Shown here: piece by piece, positions 1 through 8,207 of the stretch | Position numbering within the stretch: position 1 is the stretch's first letter | Layout of the letters: every line of letters starts with the position of its first letter | Notes under the pieces: model-generated | Databases searched by the model: none | Seen by the model: only the letters and a program-made list of their open reading frames with translations | What the model was told of the DNA's origin: nothing | Made by a program: the position numbers and the translations under genes | Origin: Candidatus Dormiibacterota bacterium | Lineage (GTDB): Bacteria; Chloroflexota; Dormibacteria; Dormibacterales; Dormibacteraceae | DNA length: 37,904 bases | NCBI GenBank assembly: GCA_036569925.1 | Contig: DATCPU010000127.1 | Location: 1-37,904, forward strand | Direction: 5' to 3'

Positions 1-926
1 CGGCCAGCGCGAGCGATGGCGCAGGCTCGATTCGAATACCAGCGTCGTGCTGCGGCCTGTTCGGCCTCAAACCGACGCGCGGCCGCATCTCGTTTGGCCC
101 GGACGCCGGCGAGGTGCTGTCGGGGTTGGCGGTGGAGCATGCGGTGACCCGCACCGTGCGCGACAGCGCTGCGCTTCTTGATGCGACCTCCGGGCCTGTC
201 GCGGGAGATCCGTACTGGCCGGCGCCTCCAGGCGACTCGTTCCTGTCCCAGGTGACGCTCGACCCGTCGCCGATGCGCATAGCGTGGAGCGCCCGGGCGC
301 CTCTGGGCATGACGGTGGATCCCGAGTGCCGAAAGGCGGTCGAGGCAACCGCTAAATGGATGGAAGAGCTGGGGCATCACGTGGTCGAGGACGATCCCAT
401 CTATGACGAGGAGGTCCTTCTCGAACCGATGGTGACAATCTGGTCGGTCGGCAACGCCACCGACCACGACGTCGTCGCCTCCAGAATCGGCCGTGCTCCG
501 CGCCGCGAAGAGCTCGAGATCACGACATGGGAGCTCGTCGAACGCGGCCGAAAAGTCAGCGCGGTCGAGCTTGTGCGTGCAGTCGACCTGCTACACACCG
601 CAACACGTTCAATTGCGCCCTTCTTCGAAAAATACGACGCCTGGCTTACGCCGACCCTTGCACAGCCTCCATTGCCGCTCGGGGTCCTCAACCAGTCTTA
701 TGGCGGTGCGGACGAGTGGTGGAATTTCGACCTTTCCTTCAATCCTTGGAACTCGGTCGCCAACTTCACAGGGAACCCGGCCATGTCGGTCCCGCTGGCA
801 TGGAGTGTGAGCGGCTTGCCAATCGGCCTCCTCTTCACAGGCCGCTATGGAGACGAAGCGGCGCTGCTTCGGCTGGCGGGTCAGCTCGAACGCGTGCACG
901 GCTGGGCTGACAGGATCGCGCCGTGA
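1..926 (+). CDS. amidase (amidase-signature family), 5' end truncated by window edge
   Basis: Frame 3 is open from nt 3. Nt 3-113 translate to ...DGAGSIRIPASCCGLFGLKPTRGRISFGP, the amidase-signature core, and this continues into listed ORF 114..926. It shares the SGPVAGDP motif with the second amidase at 11994..13418. Confidence 0.85.
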   Translation, partial: ASASDGAGSIRIPASCCGLFGLKPTRGRISFGPDAGEVLSGLAVEHAVTRTVRDSAALLDATSGPVAGDPYWPAPPGDSFLSQVTLDPSPMRIAWSARAPLGMTVDPECRKAVEATAKWMEELGHHVVEDDPIYDEEVLLEPMVTIWSVGNATDHDVVASRIGRAPRREELEITTWELVERGRKVSAVELVRAVDLLHTATRSIAPFFEKYDAWLTPTLAQPPLPLGVLNQSYGGADEWWNFDLSFNPWNSVANFTGNPAMSVPLAWSVSGLPIGLLFTGRYGDEAALLRLAGQLERVHGWADRIAP

Positions 927-1765
927 CCGGCCGACGCGCGCTCGTCCTGGGCGGCGGGGGTGTCACGGGCATCGCCTGGATGACCGGTCTTCTGGCCGGG
1001 CTTGCGGAGGCCGGGACCGATTTGACGTCGGCGGACCTGGTGGTTGGCACGTCCGCCGGTTCCGTTGTCGGTGCCCAGATCCTCAGCGGTACCACCCTCG
1101 AGGCCCTCTACGCCGGAGCGCTGAAGGAGCCGCAAGGCGAGGTCGCAGCGAAGATGGGTGCGACGGCTCTGTTCGGCTTCGTGGTGAATGGCTTGTGGCC
1201 GGGTGACGAACGTGCCGGTCGAGCGCGTCTCGGGCGGGCAGCCATGAAGGCTCGAACAGTGCCCGAGGCGGAGCGCCGGGAAATCATCAGACAGCGGCTG
1301 CCGAACCCCTCGTGGCCCGACTGCAAACTGATCATCACAGCGGTGGACGCCGAAACTGGACAAGCGCGCAATTTTGATCGCGACAGCGGTGTGTCGCTCG
1401 CCGATGCGGTGGCCGCAAGCTGCGCAGTGCCCTTGGTCTGGCCGCCGATAACGATCGACGGGCGCCGCTACATCGACGGCGGCGTCCGGTCAACCACCAA
1501 CGCCGATCTCGCCGGCGGCTGCGAGAGGGTGGTCGTGGTCGCTCCGGTGACGGTGGCTCTGCGGCGAAGTGGCAGGATCGTCACCCAGCTCGCGTCGCTG
1601 GGACCGCACGTGCGATCGATTGTGGTCAGCCCGGACGCAAACGCCCGCAAGGCCATTGGGCGAAACGTCCTAGATCCCGCCCGCCGTGTCGCTTCGGCGC
1701 GTGCCGGCCACTTGCAGGCCGCCGCCGCAGCGGCGGCCTGCGCTGCAGTCTGGTCAGGCGCCTGA
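923..1765 (+). CDS. patatin-like phospholipase family protein
   Basis: 280-aa ORF with LVLGGGGVTG glycine-rich loop, GTSAGS (GxSxG nucleophile elbow) and IDGGV (catalytic Asp DGG motif). GTG start overlaps the amidase stop (GTGA at 923-926). Confidence 0.85.
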   Translation: MTGRRALVLGGGGVTGIAWMTGLLAGLAEAGTDLTSADLVVGTSAGSVVGAQILSGTTLEALYAGALKEPQGEVAAKMGATALFGFVVNGLWPGDERAGRARLGRAAMKARTVPEAERREIIRQRLPNPSWPDCKLIITAVDAETGQARNFDRDSGVSLADAVAASCAVPLVWPPITIDGRRYIDGGVRSTTNADLAGGCERVVVVAPVTVALRRSGRIVTQLASLGPHVRSIVVSPDANARKAIGRNVLDPARRVASARAGHLQAAAAAAACAAVWSGA

Positions 1766-1784
1766 CCGAGGGCTCAGATCAACC

Positions 1785-3188
1785 TCACCGTGGCACCCGT
1801 ACCGACGCTGTGTAGATGTCCAGCTGGTGCAGAGCTCCGTCGGGGTTGTTGCCCGTGCTGTTCGAGTTGTCCGCCCAGGCCGGGTGGGCTACGCCGCCGT
1901 AGAACGAGAGGCCGGTGTAGTCGCCGTAATCGATCCCGTTCCCGGAGTCGTGCGAGTTCGACGTGCCCGCGCTGATCTGAACGTTGCGCGTGAATGACGC
2001 GCCGCCGTTGGTGCTGAACGCGCCCCAGAACTGCGCGTCGTCGTTCGGGAGGCCGTTCGTGTCGCCGGGCCCACCGGCTCCGATGTCGAGCCTCGCGTCG
2101 TGCCAGGTCACCGCGAGGTTTCCAGTGGTTGGGTCAAGGGAGATCTTGGGGAGGAACTGACTGTTCTTCGTGGCGTCGTCGTTGACGCGCACGCCAGCGC
2201 TCCAGGTTATCCCGCCATCGTCAGAATGGCGGACCAGGATATCTGTGTTGTCGCTCTCGTTCTGCACCTCGAGCGTGTAGACAAGGTACAGGCGCCCTCT
2301 GTGAGCGCCGCCGGTCTTGTCCCACACCAACCCCGGCTCGGAGTCGATCGAGCGATCGGGCTGGGCTGGAATGAAATCGAACCCCCCGACATGGCTGTCG
2401 ACTGCCGACACGCTCTTGCCGAATCCGGCGGGCCCAAGTCCGTCAGGGTCGACGCTGACACGAATCGTGCCGCCACCCTGCCCGCTCTGGGTCAGCGCGC
2501 ACGCCTGTGCGATCTGTCCTGCGGGCCCGATCGTGACGTCGCCATAGGTGCAATTGCTGGTGTTAGGTATCTCTTCGCCGGCGAAGAAAGAGCCCACCTG
2601 GCCCAGACCGGTGACGGCTGCTCCAGTGGCAAACATCGGGCCGCCTGCGTTGACCACTATCCACACCTCCCCCTTGGCCGCGGTGATCGTCGGCTGGTCG
2701 ACATAGCGGAACAGGCCGCGGTTATCGCCGCTCGTCTTGTTGGGGGTCGACTTCGGCGGCGCTGCGATGTTCGTCAAGAGGTTGAAGTGCAGCCCGCCAT
2801 CGGTGCTTAGAGCGATCGGGACCGTGTTTTCGACGTTGTACAGGTAGACCAGGAACAGGTTTCCGTACTCGTCGAAGGCCAGGCTGGGATCACAGCAAGC
2901 GTCGCCGAGGTTGTCGTTGTTGGCGATGATCCGCCTCGCCCACGTAATGCCGCCGTCGAAGCTCACGCCCACGAACAGGCCCGGAGCCGCCCCTTCGATG
3001 TTGCTCACGATGACCACGTTCTTCGGGTTAGTGGGGTTCACCGCGACGGTGTCCTCGGACTCGCTGGTGGGTCGCTGGCTGACGTCGATGTTGAGCGGCG
3101 TGGTGGTCGTGGCGCCGCCTGCGCTCACCGAACCGGCAGTCAGAGCTGCCATCGCGACCAGGCCTACGGCGAGAAACCATCGGTGCAT
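1785..3188 (-). CDS. secreted BNR/Asp-box repeat protein (sialidase-like beta-propeller fold)
   Basis: 467-aa ORF with N-terminal signal peptide (MHRWFLAVGLVAMAALTAGSVSAGG). Four Asp-box-like motifs: SFDGGITW, STDGGLHF, SDDGGITWS, STNGGASF. Strong SD (GGAGGGGGAAGG) lies 3 nt upstream of ATG 3188. Confidence 0.8.
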   Translation of the reverse strand: MHRWFLAVGLVAMAALTAGSVSAGGATTTTPLNIDVSQRPTSESEDTVAVNPTNPKNVVIVSNIEGAAPGLFVGVSFDGGITWARRIIANNDNLGDACCDPSLAFDEYGNLFLVYLYNVENTVPIALSTDGGLHFNLLTNIAAPPKSTPNKTSGDNRGLFRYVDQPTITAAKGEVWIVVNAGGPMFATGAAVTGLGQVGSFFAGEEIPNTSNCTYGDVTIGPAGQIAQACALTQSGQGGGTIRVSVDPDGLGPAGFGKSVSAVDSHVGGFDFIPAQPDRSIDSEPGLVWDKTGGAHRGRLYLVYTLEVQNESDNTDILVRHSDDGGITWSAGVRVNDDATKNSQFLPKISLDPTTGNLAVTWHDARLDIGAGGPGDTNGLPNDDAQFWGAFSTNGGASFTRNVQISAGTSNSHDSGNGIDYGDYTGLSFYGGVAHPAWADNSNSTGNNPDGALHQLDIYTASVRVPR

Positions 3189-3225
3189 AGTCCTTCCCCC
3201 TCCGCGAAGTTAGAGAGCCCAGTCT

Positions 3226-3251
3226 ATTGCCTCACGGGGGCGCGAGGCAAT
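3226..3251 (-). other. inverted repeat (8-bp stem attgcctc/gaggcaat, 10-nt loop) between zf-UBP stop and BNR gene start
   Basis: Read directly from sequence. No U-tract follows on the minus strand, so it is not a canonical intrinsic terminator. Confidence 0.4.
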
Positions 3252-3262
3252 CTCAGAATTTG

Positions 3263-3565
3263 CTAATAAGGGCTATGGGCGACGGGTCCGCTGACGAGCC
3301 ACCCGGATGCGTCGAGATCGATCTCGTCGATGTAACACCAACCCCAGTCCTCGCCCGGCTCGAACGATCTCAATACCGGATGGCCGGTGCGTTTGAAGTG
3401 GGCGGTGGCGTGCTTGTTCTTCGAGCTGTCGCAGCAGCCCACGTGCCCACATGTCATGCACAGCCTCAGGTGGATCCACGAATCCCCGACCCGCAGGCAG
3501 TCCTCGCAGCCGTCAGCGCTGGGCGTGACCGCCTTGATATCGGCGAGGTGGGGACAGCCAGGCAT
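3263..3565 (-). CDS. stand-alone UBP-type zinc-finger domain protein
   Basis: Start trimmed to internal ATG 3565 of listed ORF 3263..3700, giving 100 aa. MPGCPHL...DGCEDCLRVGDSWIHLRLCMTCGHVGCCDSSKNKHATAHFKRTGHPV is the Cys/His pattern of zf-UBP. The longer ORF would overlap the upstream gene end with an R-rich extension. Confidence 0.8.
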   Translation of the reverse strand: MPGCPHLADIKAVTPSADGCEDCLRVGDSWIHLRLCMTCGHVGCCDSSKNKHATAHFKRTGHPVLRSFEPGEDWGWCYIDEIDLDASGWLVSGPVAHSPY

Positions 3566-3594
3566 CGTCTGAACGAGAGTAGACCCTCGGTTGA

Positions 3595-5520
3595 TCAGCT
3601 GCTCAGTAGATGTGCGGGGTTTCCTTTGAGACCGACGGCGAAGGTGACCGTGTCGGTCGCCGTCACGCCGGATCCGATCGCGTACTCCACCTTCCACCAC
3701 CAGGTGCTCGTGTCAGCCGGGTTGACGATGCTCGCGTAGTTATTGGGCACCGGGATCTCCATTCGGACCCAGCCGCCGTTGTAGAACTGTGTTCCGCCGG
3801 TGGTCGCGGCGAAGTACGCGGTGGTGGGTTGCCCCGTCGCGACGATCGAGCCGGCGTTGGAACGCTGAGGCCCCAGGCTGCGCACGATCACCGGCTGCGT
3901 CGTCGTGACGCGGGCGTTGTTGAAGTAGTCGAGGTAGATGTCCACGTTGCCCGCGCCGCTGATGTCTCCGGGGTCATAGATGTCGAAGGTGATCGTCTGG
4001 CCGGCATAGTCAGGTGCGATTTGAAACATGTCCATCCGGAAGCTGCCCGGACCGGGCAGCGAAATTGGCGTGTAGACGCACATGTCGCTCATGGTCCCGA
4101 GGGTGCATGCCGGGGCGCACGCGGTCGTTCCGGTGCTGTCCTGTACCCGGACGACGTAGCCCTTGTGCGCGACCGAGTTGTCCGGGGGGTTAACGCCGTT
4201 ATAGCCGAGGGTATCCACGCGGAGGCGATACAAGCCTTGTGGCAAAAAGCCGGGGTAGCTCATCAACCGCTGCACCAGGGCTCCCTCCGCACCCGCGGCG
4301 GTGTAGTTCGAGATGTCGATCCAGTCGTGGTAGATATGCATATTCGTGGGTTTCCCGGTCACCGGGTCGTAGGTCTGCGTGATCGTGGCCCCGGTATTGA
4401 CGTTCTTGTAGATCGGGCTCGGCGACGCATTCCATCGGGTGGCATCGATCGGGAAGACGATGACCTGTGCCAGCTTTGTGTCGCTGCCACGGATGAAGTA
4501 GCTGTTGACCCTGAACACCGTGTACTCCATGGCCGAGAACTCCGTCTTGTCCGTGAAGGTGCACGGGCTCGACGCACAGGTGGCGCTGATGCTGTCCTCT
4601 TCATGCATGTAGAAGGAACCTGTTGGGCCGCCGCTCGAACATGGCCCGATCGGCTGGCCTGTGAACGGCGGCGCGAACGGCCCGACGCCGGTGCGGCCGT
4701 TTTCGCAATGGTTGCGCTTCAGCTTGCTCGCCGTGCCGTCGCTGGAGCCGTCAAGGTCGGGGGCGAAGGCAGCGTTGTAGACCTGGAGCTGGCCGCCGCC
4801 CGGTCCGATGTTGACGAGGTAGTTGTAACCCCCGCGGGCCGGCAGGGTGGGGTCGGCTGTGTCGACACCGGTTCCGGCCGGAATCGCCCCGCTGATTCGA
4901 TGCACGTCGTTCGAGGTGCCGGTGCTGCCGCCGAACGGATCGGGGGTGAAAGCATCGCCCTGGGCACGGTCGGTGGCCCAGCCCTCGACACGCGGGAAGT
5001 AGTAGTTGCTACCTCCGGATCCGATTTGCGACGCGGTGGAGCCGAGCTGGGTGCCGTTCTGCCCGAGGGTGATGGGAGGCAGATACGCCGCGATGGCGGT
5101 ACGGCTGACCCGGTACGGGGCGGCACCGAACAGGCTCATAAAGAAAACCGGCACCGTGCGCGAGACTGTCACCTGGAGCTTGGTGGTGGCACCCGGGACC
5201 GGAGCAGGGGTCACCACCACCGAGCCGGCGGGATCGCCATTGCGGAACCCGTTCTTGGTGGCTTCGTCGATGGCGCGATCGGTGGCATCGTTTCGCGAGC
5301 CGGAGGGGCTGGCCGTCGAGGGGTCGAACTGATACGGCATGAAGATCACGCCAGACAGCGCGGCAGCGGCGGCCGCCCTCTCCGCGGCGGTGTTGTAGTA
5401 GTAGCCCAGCCCTGAATCGATCGCGAGGCCGATGCCGGCAAACAACACCACGACCATCAGCGCGATCAGCACCACCGCCTGACCGGCCTGGTCACGAAGC
5501 CGGCGCAATGTGTACCTCAC
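3595..5520 (-). CDS. TadG-like (Tad N-terminal domain) membrane-anchored protein with large C-terminal ectodomain of unknown fold
   Basis: Listed 859-aa ORF trimmed to GTG 5520, which overlaps the upstream stop as GTGA. The N-terminus RRLRDQAGQAVVLIALMVVVLFAGIGLAIDSGLGYYYNTAAERAAAAAALSG matches the TadG/TadE-G-like N-terminal pattern. The remaining ~590 aa are G/T/S/P-rich with 7 Cys in three patches. Confidence 0.75.
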   Translation of the reverse strand: MRYTLRRLRDQAGQAVVLIALMVVVLFAGIGLAIDSGLGYYYNTAAERAAAAAALSGVIFMPYQFDPSTASPSGSRNDATDRAIDEATKNGFRNGDPAGSVVVTPAPVPGATTKLQVTVSRTVPVFFMSLFGAAPYRVSRTAIAAYLPPITLGQNGTQLGSTASQIGSGGSNYYFPRVEGWATDRAQGDAFTPDPFGGSTGTSNDVHRISGAIPAGTGVDTADPTLPARGGYNYLVNIGPGGGQLQVYNAAFAPDLDGSSDGTASKLKRNHCENGRTGVGPFAPPFTGQPIGPCSSGGPTGSFYMHEEDSISATCASSPCTFTDKTEFSAMEYTVFRVNSYFIRGSDTKLAQVIVFPIDATRWNASPSPIYKNVNTGATITQTYDPVTGKPTNMHIYHDWIDISNYTAAGAEGALVQRLMSYPGFLPQGLYRLRVDTLGYNGVNPPDNSVAHKGYVVRVQDSTGTTACAPACTLGTMSDMCVYTPISLPGPGSFRMDMFQIAPDYAGQTITFDIYDPGDISGAGNVDIYLDYFNNARVTTTQPVIVRSLGPQRSNAGSIVATGQPTTAYFAATTGGTQFYNGGWVRMEIPVPNNYASIVNPADTSTWWWKVEYAIGSGVTATDTVTFAVGLKGNPAHLLSS

Positions 5521-6086
5521 GTGATCAGCACCGGTGAAGCCTTCATGACCGCCCACTCGCTGAGGGTGATCGTGAACGATGCGGTGCCCGTGGGCGGCGT
5601 GTAGCTCCAGATCAGCTTGACGCCGATGGACGCCTCGTTGGGCGGAATCTGAGAGCGCTCGCTGATGGGAAACCCGGTCGATCCGATCTGCCCGCCGGTG
5701 ATCGCGTTGTAGCGGTCGTAATGGGCGCCGGTGACCGGCGGCGCTCCCAGCTGCCCATCTGGCATCGAGGCAAAGTCGACGCGGTAGATGTAGATGTCCT
5801 GGAGGGTTGAGTAGTTCATCGCGCGCGCCACGGCCAGCACGTTCTTCACGATCTGCTGATCGATGGTGGCGGTCGTGGCGGGCGGCGGGTTGGTGTCCGT
5901 GCCACCGATCTCGGCAGCCAGCCTGGCGCCCTGGCGCACGGCATACCCGGCGACGACCCTGTCGGAGATCAGCACGGCGACGTTGAATGCCCCGAGCAAG
6001 AGTCCGAGCAACACCGGTGTTGCGATGGCGACCTCGATGATCGCCTGGCCCAACTGGGTCACTCGGGGGCCGCGGCTGCTGCCCAT
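5517..6086 (-). CDS. TadE-like pseudopilin family protein
   Basis: 189-aa ORF. N-terminus QLGQAIIEVAIATPVLLGLLLGAFNVAVL is a TadE-type hydrophobic segment with Glu at +5 after Gly. ATG 6086 shares one nt with the upstream stop (TGATG). Confidence 0.8.
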   Translation of the reverse strand: MGSSRGPRVTQLGQAIIEVAIATPVLLGLLLGAFNVAVLISDRVVAGYAVRQGARLAAEIGGTDTNPPPATTATIDQQIVKNVLAVARAMNYSTLQDIYIYRVDFASMPDGQLGAPPVTGAHYDRYNAITGGQIGSTGFPISERSQIPPNEASIGVKLIWSYTPPTGTASFTITLSEWAVMKASPVLIT

Positions 6087-6628
6087 CAGTAGGACTGCGG
6101 CTCGAGTCGGATGTCGAAGGTTTGGCTCGAGTTGAAGGGGCCCGTGGCGAGCAACACACCCGACTTCCAGTCATACCGGAAGTTGATGGTTATGCCGACG
6201 AAATCCATCGACCCATTGGTGACGTTGCGGGCGCTTGACGGCCACGCGATGGAGCCGATAGGAGTGCCATCGACCTGGTACCTGTTGATCTTCGACACGT
6301 CCTTGACCAGCGTCCCGTCGGGCTGCTCGATGAGCCTGTATATTTCGACGCTGGTCACCGTCGCCAGCGAGGTCGATCCGATCGCCGACAGCCGGACCTG
6401 CCGGACAATCCGAGCGTCGGCGTCGACTGCGTTTCCAGCCTCAGACGCCTCGCGCGCCGCCTCACCGGCCCCGAAACGAGCCGAACCGACGACGAAAAGG
6501 AGCAGCGACCCTTCTAGGATCGCAAAGAGCATGAACAGCAAGATGGGCAAGACCAGGGCGAATTCGACGATCGCCTGGCCGCCTCGTTTGTCCCCCGCTC
6601 GCTGTGTCGAGATAAGAGTTCTGGACAC
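6086..6628 (-). CDS. TadE-like pseudopilin family protein
   Basis: 180-aa ORF. N-terminus KRGGQAIVEFALVLPILLFMLFAILEG is an exact G/XXXXEF prepilin-peptidase-type motif followed by a hydrophobic helix. Confidence 0.8.
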   Translation of the reverse strand: MSRTLISTQRAGDKRGGQAIVEFALVLPILLFMLFAILEGSLLLFVVGSARFGAGEAAREASEAGNAVDADARIVRQVRLSAIGSTSLATVTSVEIYRLIEQPDGTLVKDVSKINRYQVDGTPIGSIAWPSSARNVTNGSMDFVGITINFRYDWKSGVLLATGPFNSSQTFDIRLEPQSY

Positions 6629-6642
6629 GACATGGAAAACGT

Positions 6643-6671
6643 CGCCGCCTCCTGAAAATTGCGAGGCGGCG
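6643..6671 (-). promoter_or_regulatory. GC-rich hairpin (9-bp stem cgccgcctc/gaggcggcg, 11-nt loop) overlapping the AGGAGG Shine-Dalgarno of the first tadE-like gene
   Basis: Minus-strand RNA reads cgccgccuc-gcaauuuucag-gaggcggcg-acguuuucc-AUG. The 3' arm contains part of the SD. Confidence 0.3.
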
Positions 6672-7279
6672 GGCGCCGTGAACCGTTGAAGGTTGACAGG
6701 CCGGAGCTCGTCTTCGGTGACGCCGAAGTCTGGCGCAAGTGGCTACGCGCGAACCACGACAGCTCGAATGGGATATGGCTGGTGCTGGCAAAGAAAGGCA
6801 CCCTGTTGCCCACCAGCCTCACCTACCCCCAGGCGCTCGAGGAGGCCCTGTGCTTCGGATGGATCGATGGCCAGGCTCACAGCCGGGACGCTGCCACGTT
6901 CAGCCAGGGCTTCAGCCCGCGGCGGAAGCGCAGCCCCTGGTCGAAGCGAAACACCGGAATCGCGGAGCGCCTGGTGGGCGAGGGCAGGATGCATGAGTCG
7001 GGCGTCGCCGAGATGGATCGAGCCAAAGCCGACGGCAGGTGGGCAGCCGCCTACTCAGGCCCGGCCACCATAGACGTGCCGCCCGAACTGTCGCAGGCGC
7101 TATCCGCGAGCCCCAGTGCAAGGGCGAAATTCGCGACTTTGAACAGCCAGAATCGTTACGCGATCCTTTACCGTATCGCCACCGCTAAGCGGCCGGAGAC
7201 GCGCGCCAGGAGGATCGAGAAGTTCGTCGCTATGCTCGAGCGGGGCGAGACGATCTACCCCCAAAAAGCCTCGTGTTGA
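6659..7279 (+). CDS. YdeI/OmpD-associated (OmdA) family protein
   Basis: 206-aa ORF with LVFGDAEVWRKWLRANHDSSNGIWLVLAKKG...ALCFGWIDGQ...RYAILYRIATAKRPETRARRIEKFVAML. The true start may be TTG 6686 (MKVDRPELVF). Confidence 0.8.
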   Translation: MRGGGRREPLKVDRPELVFGDAEVWRKWLRANHDSSNGIWLVLAKKGTLLPTSLTYPQALEEALCFGWIDGQAHSRDAATFSQGFSPRRKRSPWSKRNTGIAERLVGEGRMHESGVAEMDRAKADGRWAAAYSGPATIDVPPELSQALSASPSARAKFATLNSQNRYAILYRIATAKRPETRARRIEKFVAMLERGETIYPQKASC

Positions 7280-7340
7280 AAAGCCAGCTCCCCGGGGTTG
7301 AGGCGACCGAGCCGTCCAGCGTGCGTGAAGGAGGAGATTC

Positions 7341-8204
7341 GTGAGCCGCAACACTGCATCGGACGGCATGACGGGCAGGATCGTGATGGTCACTGGCGCC
7401 AACTCGGGTATGGGTAAGGAGATCGCCTTGGCCATCGCAGGGATGGGGGCCGCCGTGGTGATGGTGTGCCGCGATGGGGAGAGGGGCGAGGTGGCACGAA
7501 GGGACGTGATGAGCTCGACCGGCAACGAGCACGTTGAGCTGCTGCTGGCCGACCTCTCGTCGCAGCAATCGATCCGTAACGCCGTAGGGGAGTTCACAGC
7601 GACCCACAAGAGGCTGGATGTCCTGGTTAACAACGCCGGGATGAGCTCGCCCGCGCGACGTGAGACAGTCGATGGGATCGAGACCGTGTTCGCGACCAAT
7701 CACCTCGGTCCGTTCCTGTTGACCAACCTGCTCCTGCCTGTCCTGACCGCTTCAGCGCCGGCGCGTGTCGTGGTTGTCTCGTCTGGGGTGCAGGCCATGG
7801 CCAAGATCGACTTCGACGACCTGCAGGAGGTCAAGAGCTACAGCGAGATCCGTTCGTACAACCAGTCGAAGCTTGCGAATCTCCTGTTCACCTACGAGCT
7901 GGCGCGGCGCTTGAAAGGAACCGGCGTGACTGCGAACGCTCTGGAGCCCGGCTTCATCAAAACGAGCCTGAAGGTGCCTTTTCCCTTCAGCCTCTTCTCG
8001 TTCATGCGAGGCAAGCCTGTCGATGGAGCCAAGCCAACGGTTTTCCTAGCATCATCGCCCGAGGTCGAGGGAGTGACAGGCGCATTTTTCAACAACAAGG
8101 GGGTCGCGACCAAGTCTTCGCCTGTTTCCTACGACGAAGCCGCAGCCAGGCGGCTCTGGCAGGCGAGCGCTGAGCTCACGCACCTCGACGCACCCGAGGC
8201 GTAG
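7341..8204 (+). CDS. SDR family oxidoreductase
   Basis: 287-aa ORF with TGANSGMGKE (TGxxxGxG), NNAG and YNQSK (YxxxK) motifs. SD GAAGGAGGAG lies 4 nt upstream of GTG 7341. Confidence 0.9.
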   Translation: MSRNTASDGMTGRIVMVTGANSGMGKEIALAIAGMGAAVVMVCRDGERGEVARRDVMSSTGNEHVELLLADLSSQQSIRNAVGEFTATHKRLDVLVNNAGMSSPARRETVDGIETVFATNHLGPFLLTNLLLPVLTASAPARVVVVSSGVQAMAKIDFDDLQEVKSYSEIRSYNQSKLANLLFTYELARRLKGTGVTANALEPGFIKTSLKVPFPFSLFSFMRGKPVDGAKPTVFLASSPEVEGVTGAFFNNKGVATKSSPVSYDEAAARRLWQASAELTHLDAPEA

Positions 8205-8207
8205 GCG

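Noticed and set aside
24-40. ggctcgattcgaatacc, reminiscent of a tRNA T-arm (GGTTCGAATCC)
   Set aside because: It lies inside the amidase reading frame (encodes GSIRIP), has no flanking acceptor or anticodon arm complementarity, and deviates from the T-loop consensus.
3610-5415. 601-aa plus-strand ORF antisense to the tadG-like gene
   Set aside because: Its composition is dominated by R/G/A/V/D with no recognisable motif, and it lies entirely opposite a gene with clear family features. This is the typical shadow ORF of high-GC DNA, where stop codons are rare in the antisense frames.
5521-6174. N-terminal 218-residue extension of the listed 859-aa ORF
   Set aside because: It overlaps the two TadE-like genes in another frame and is R/P/S-rich junk. 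The GTG at 5520 gives a GTGA stop/start overlap and places the TadG-type hydrophobic segment at the N-terminus.
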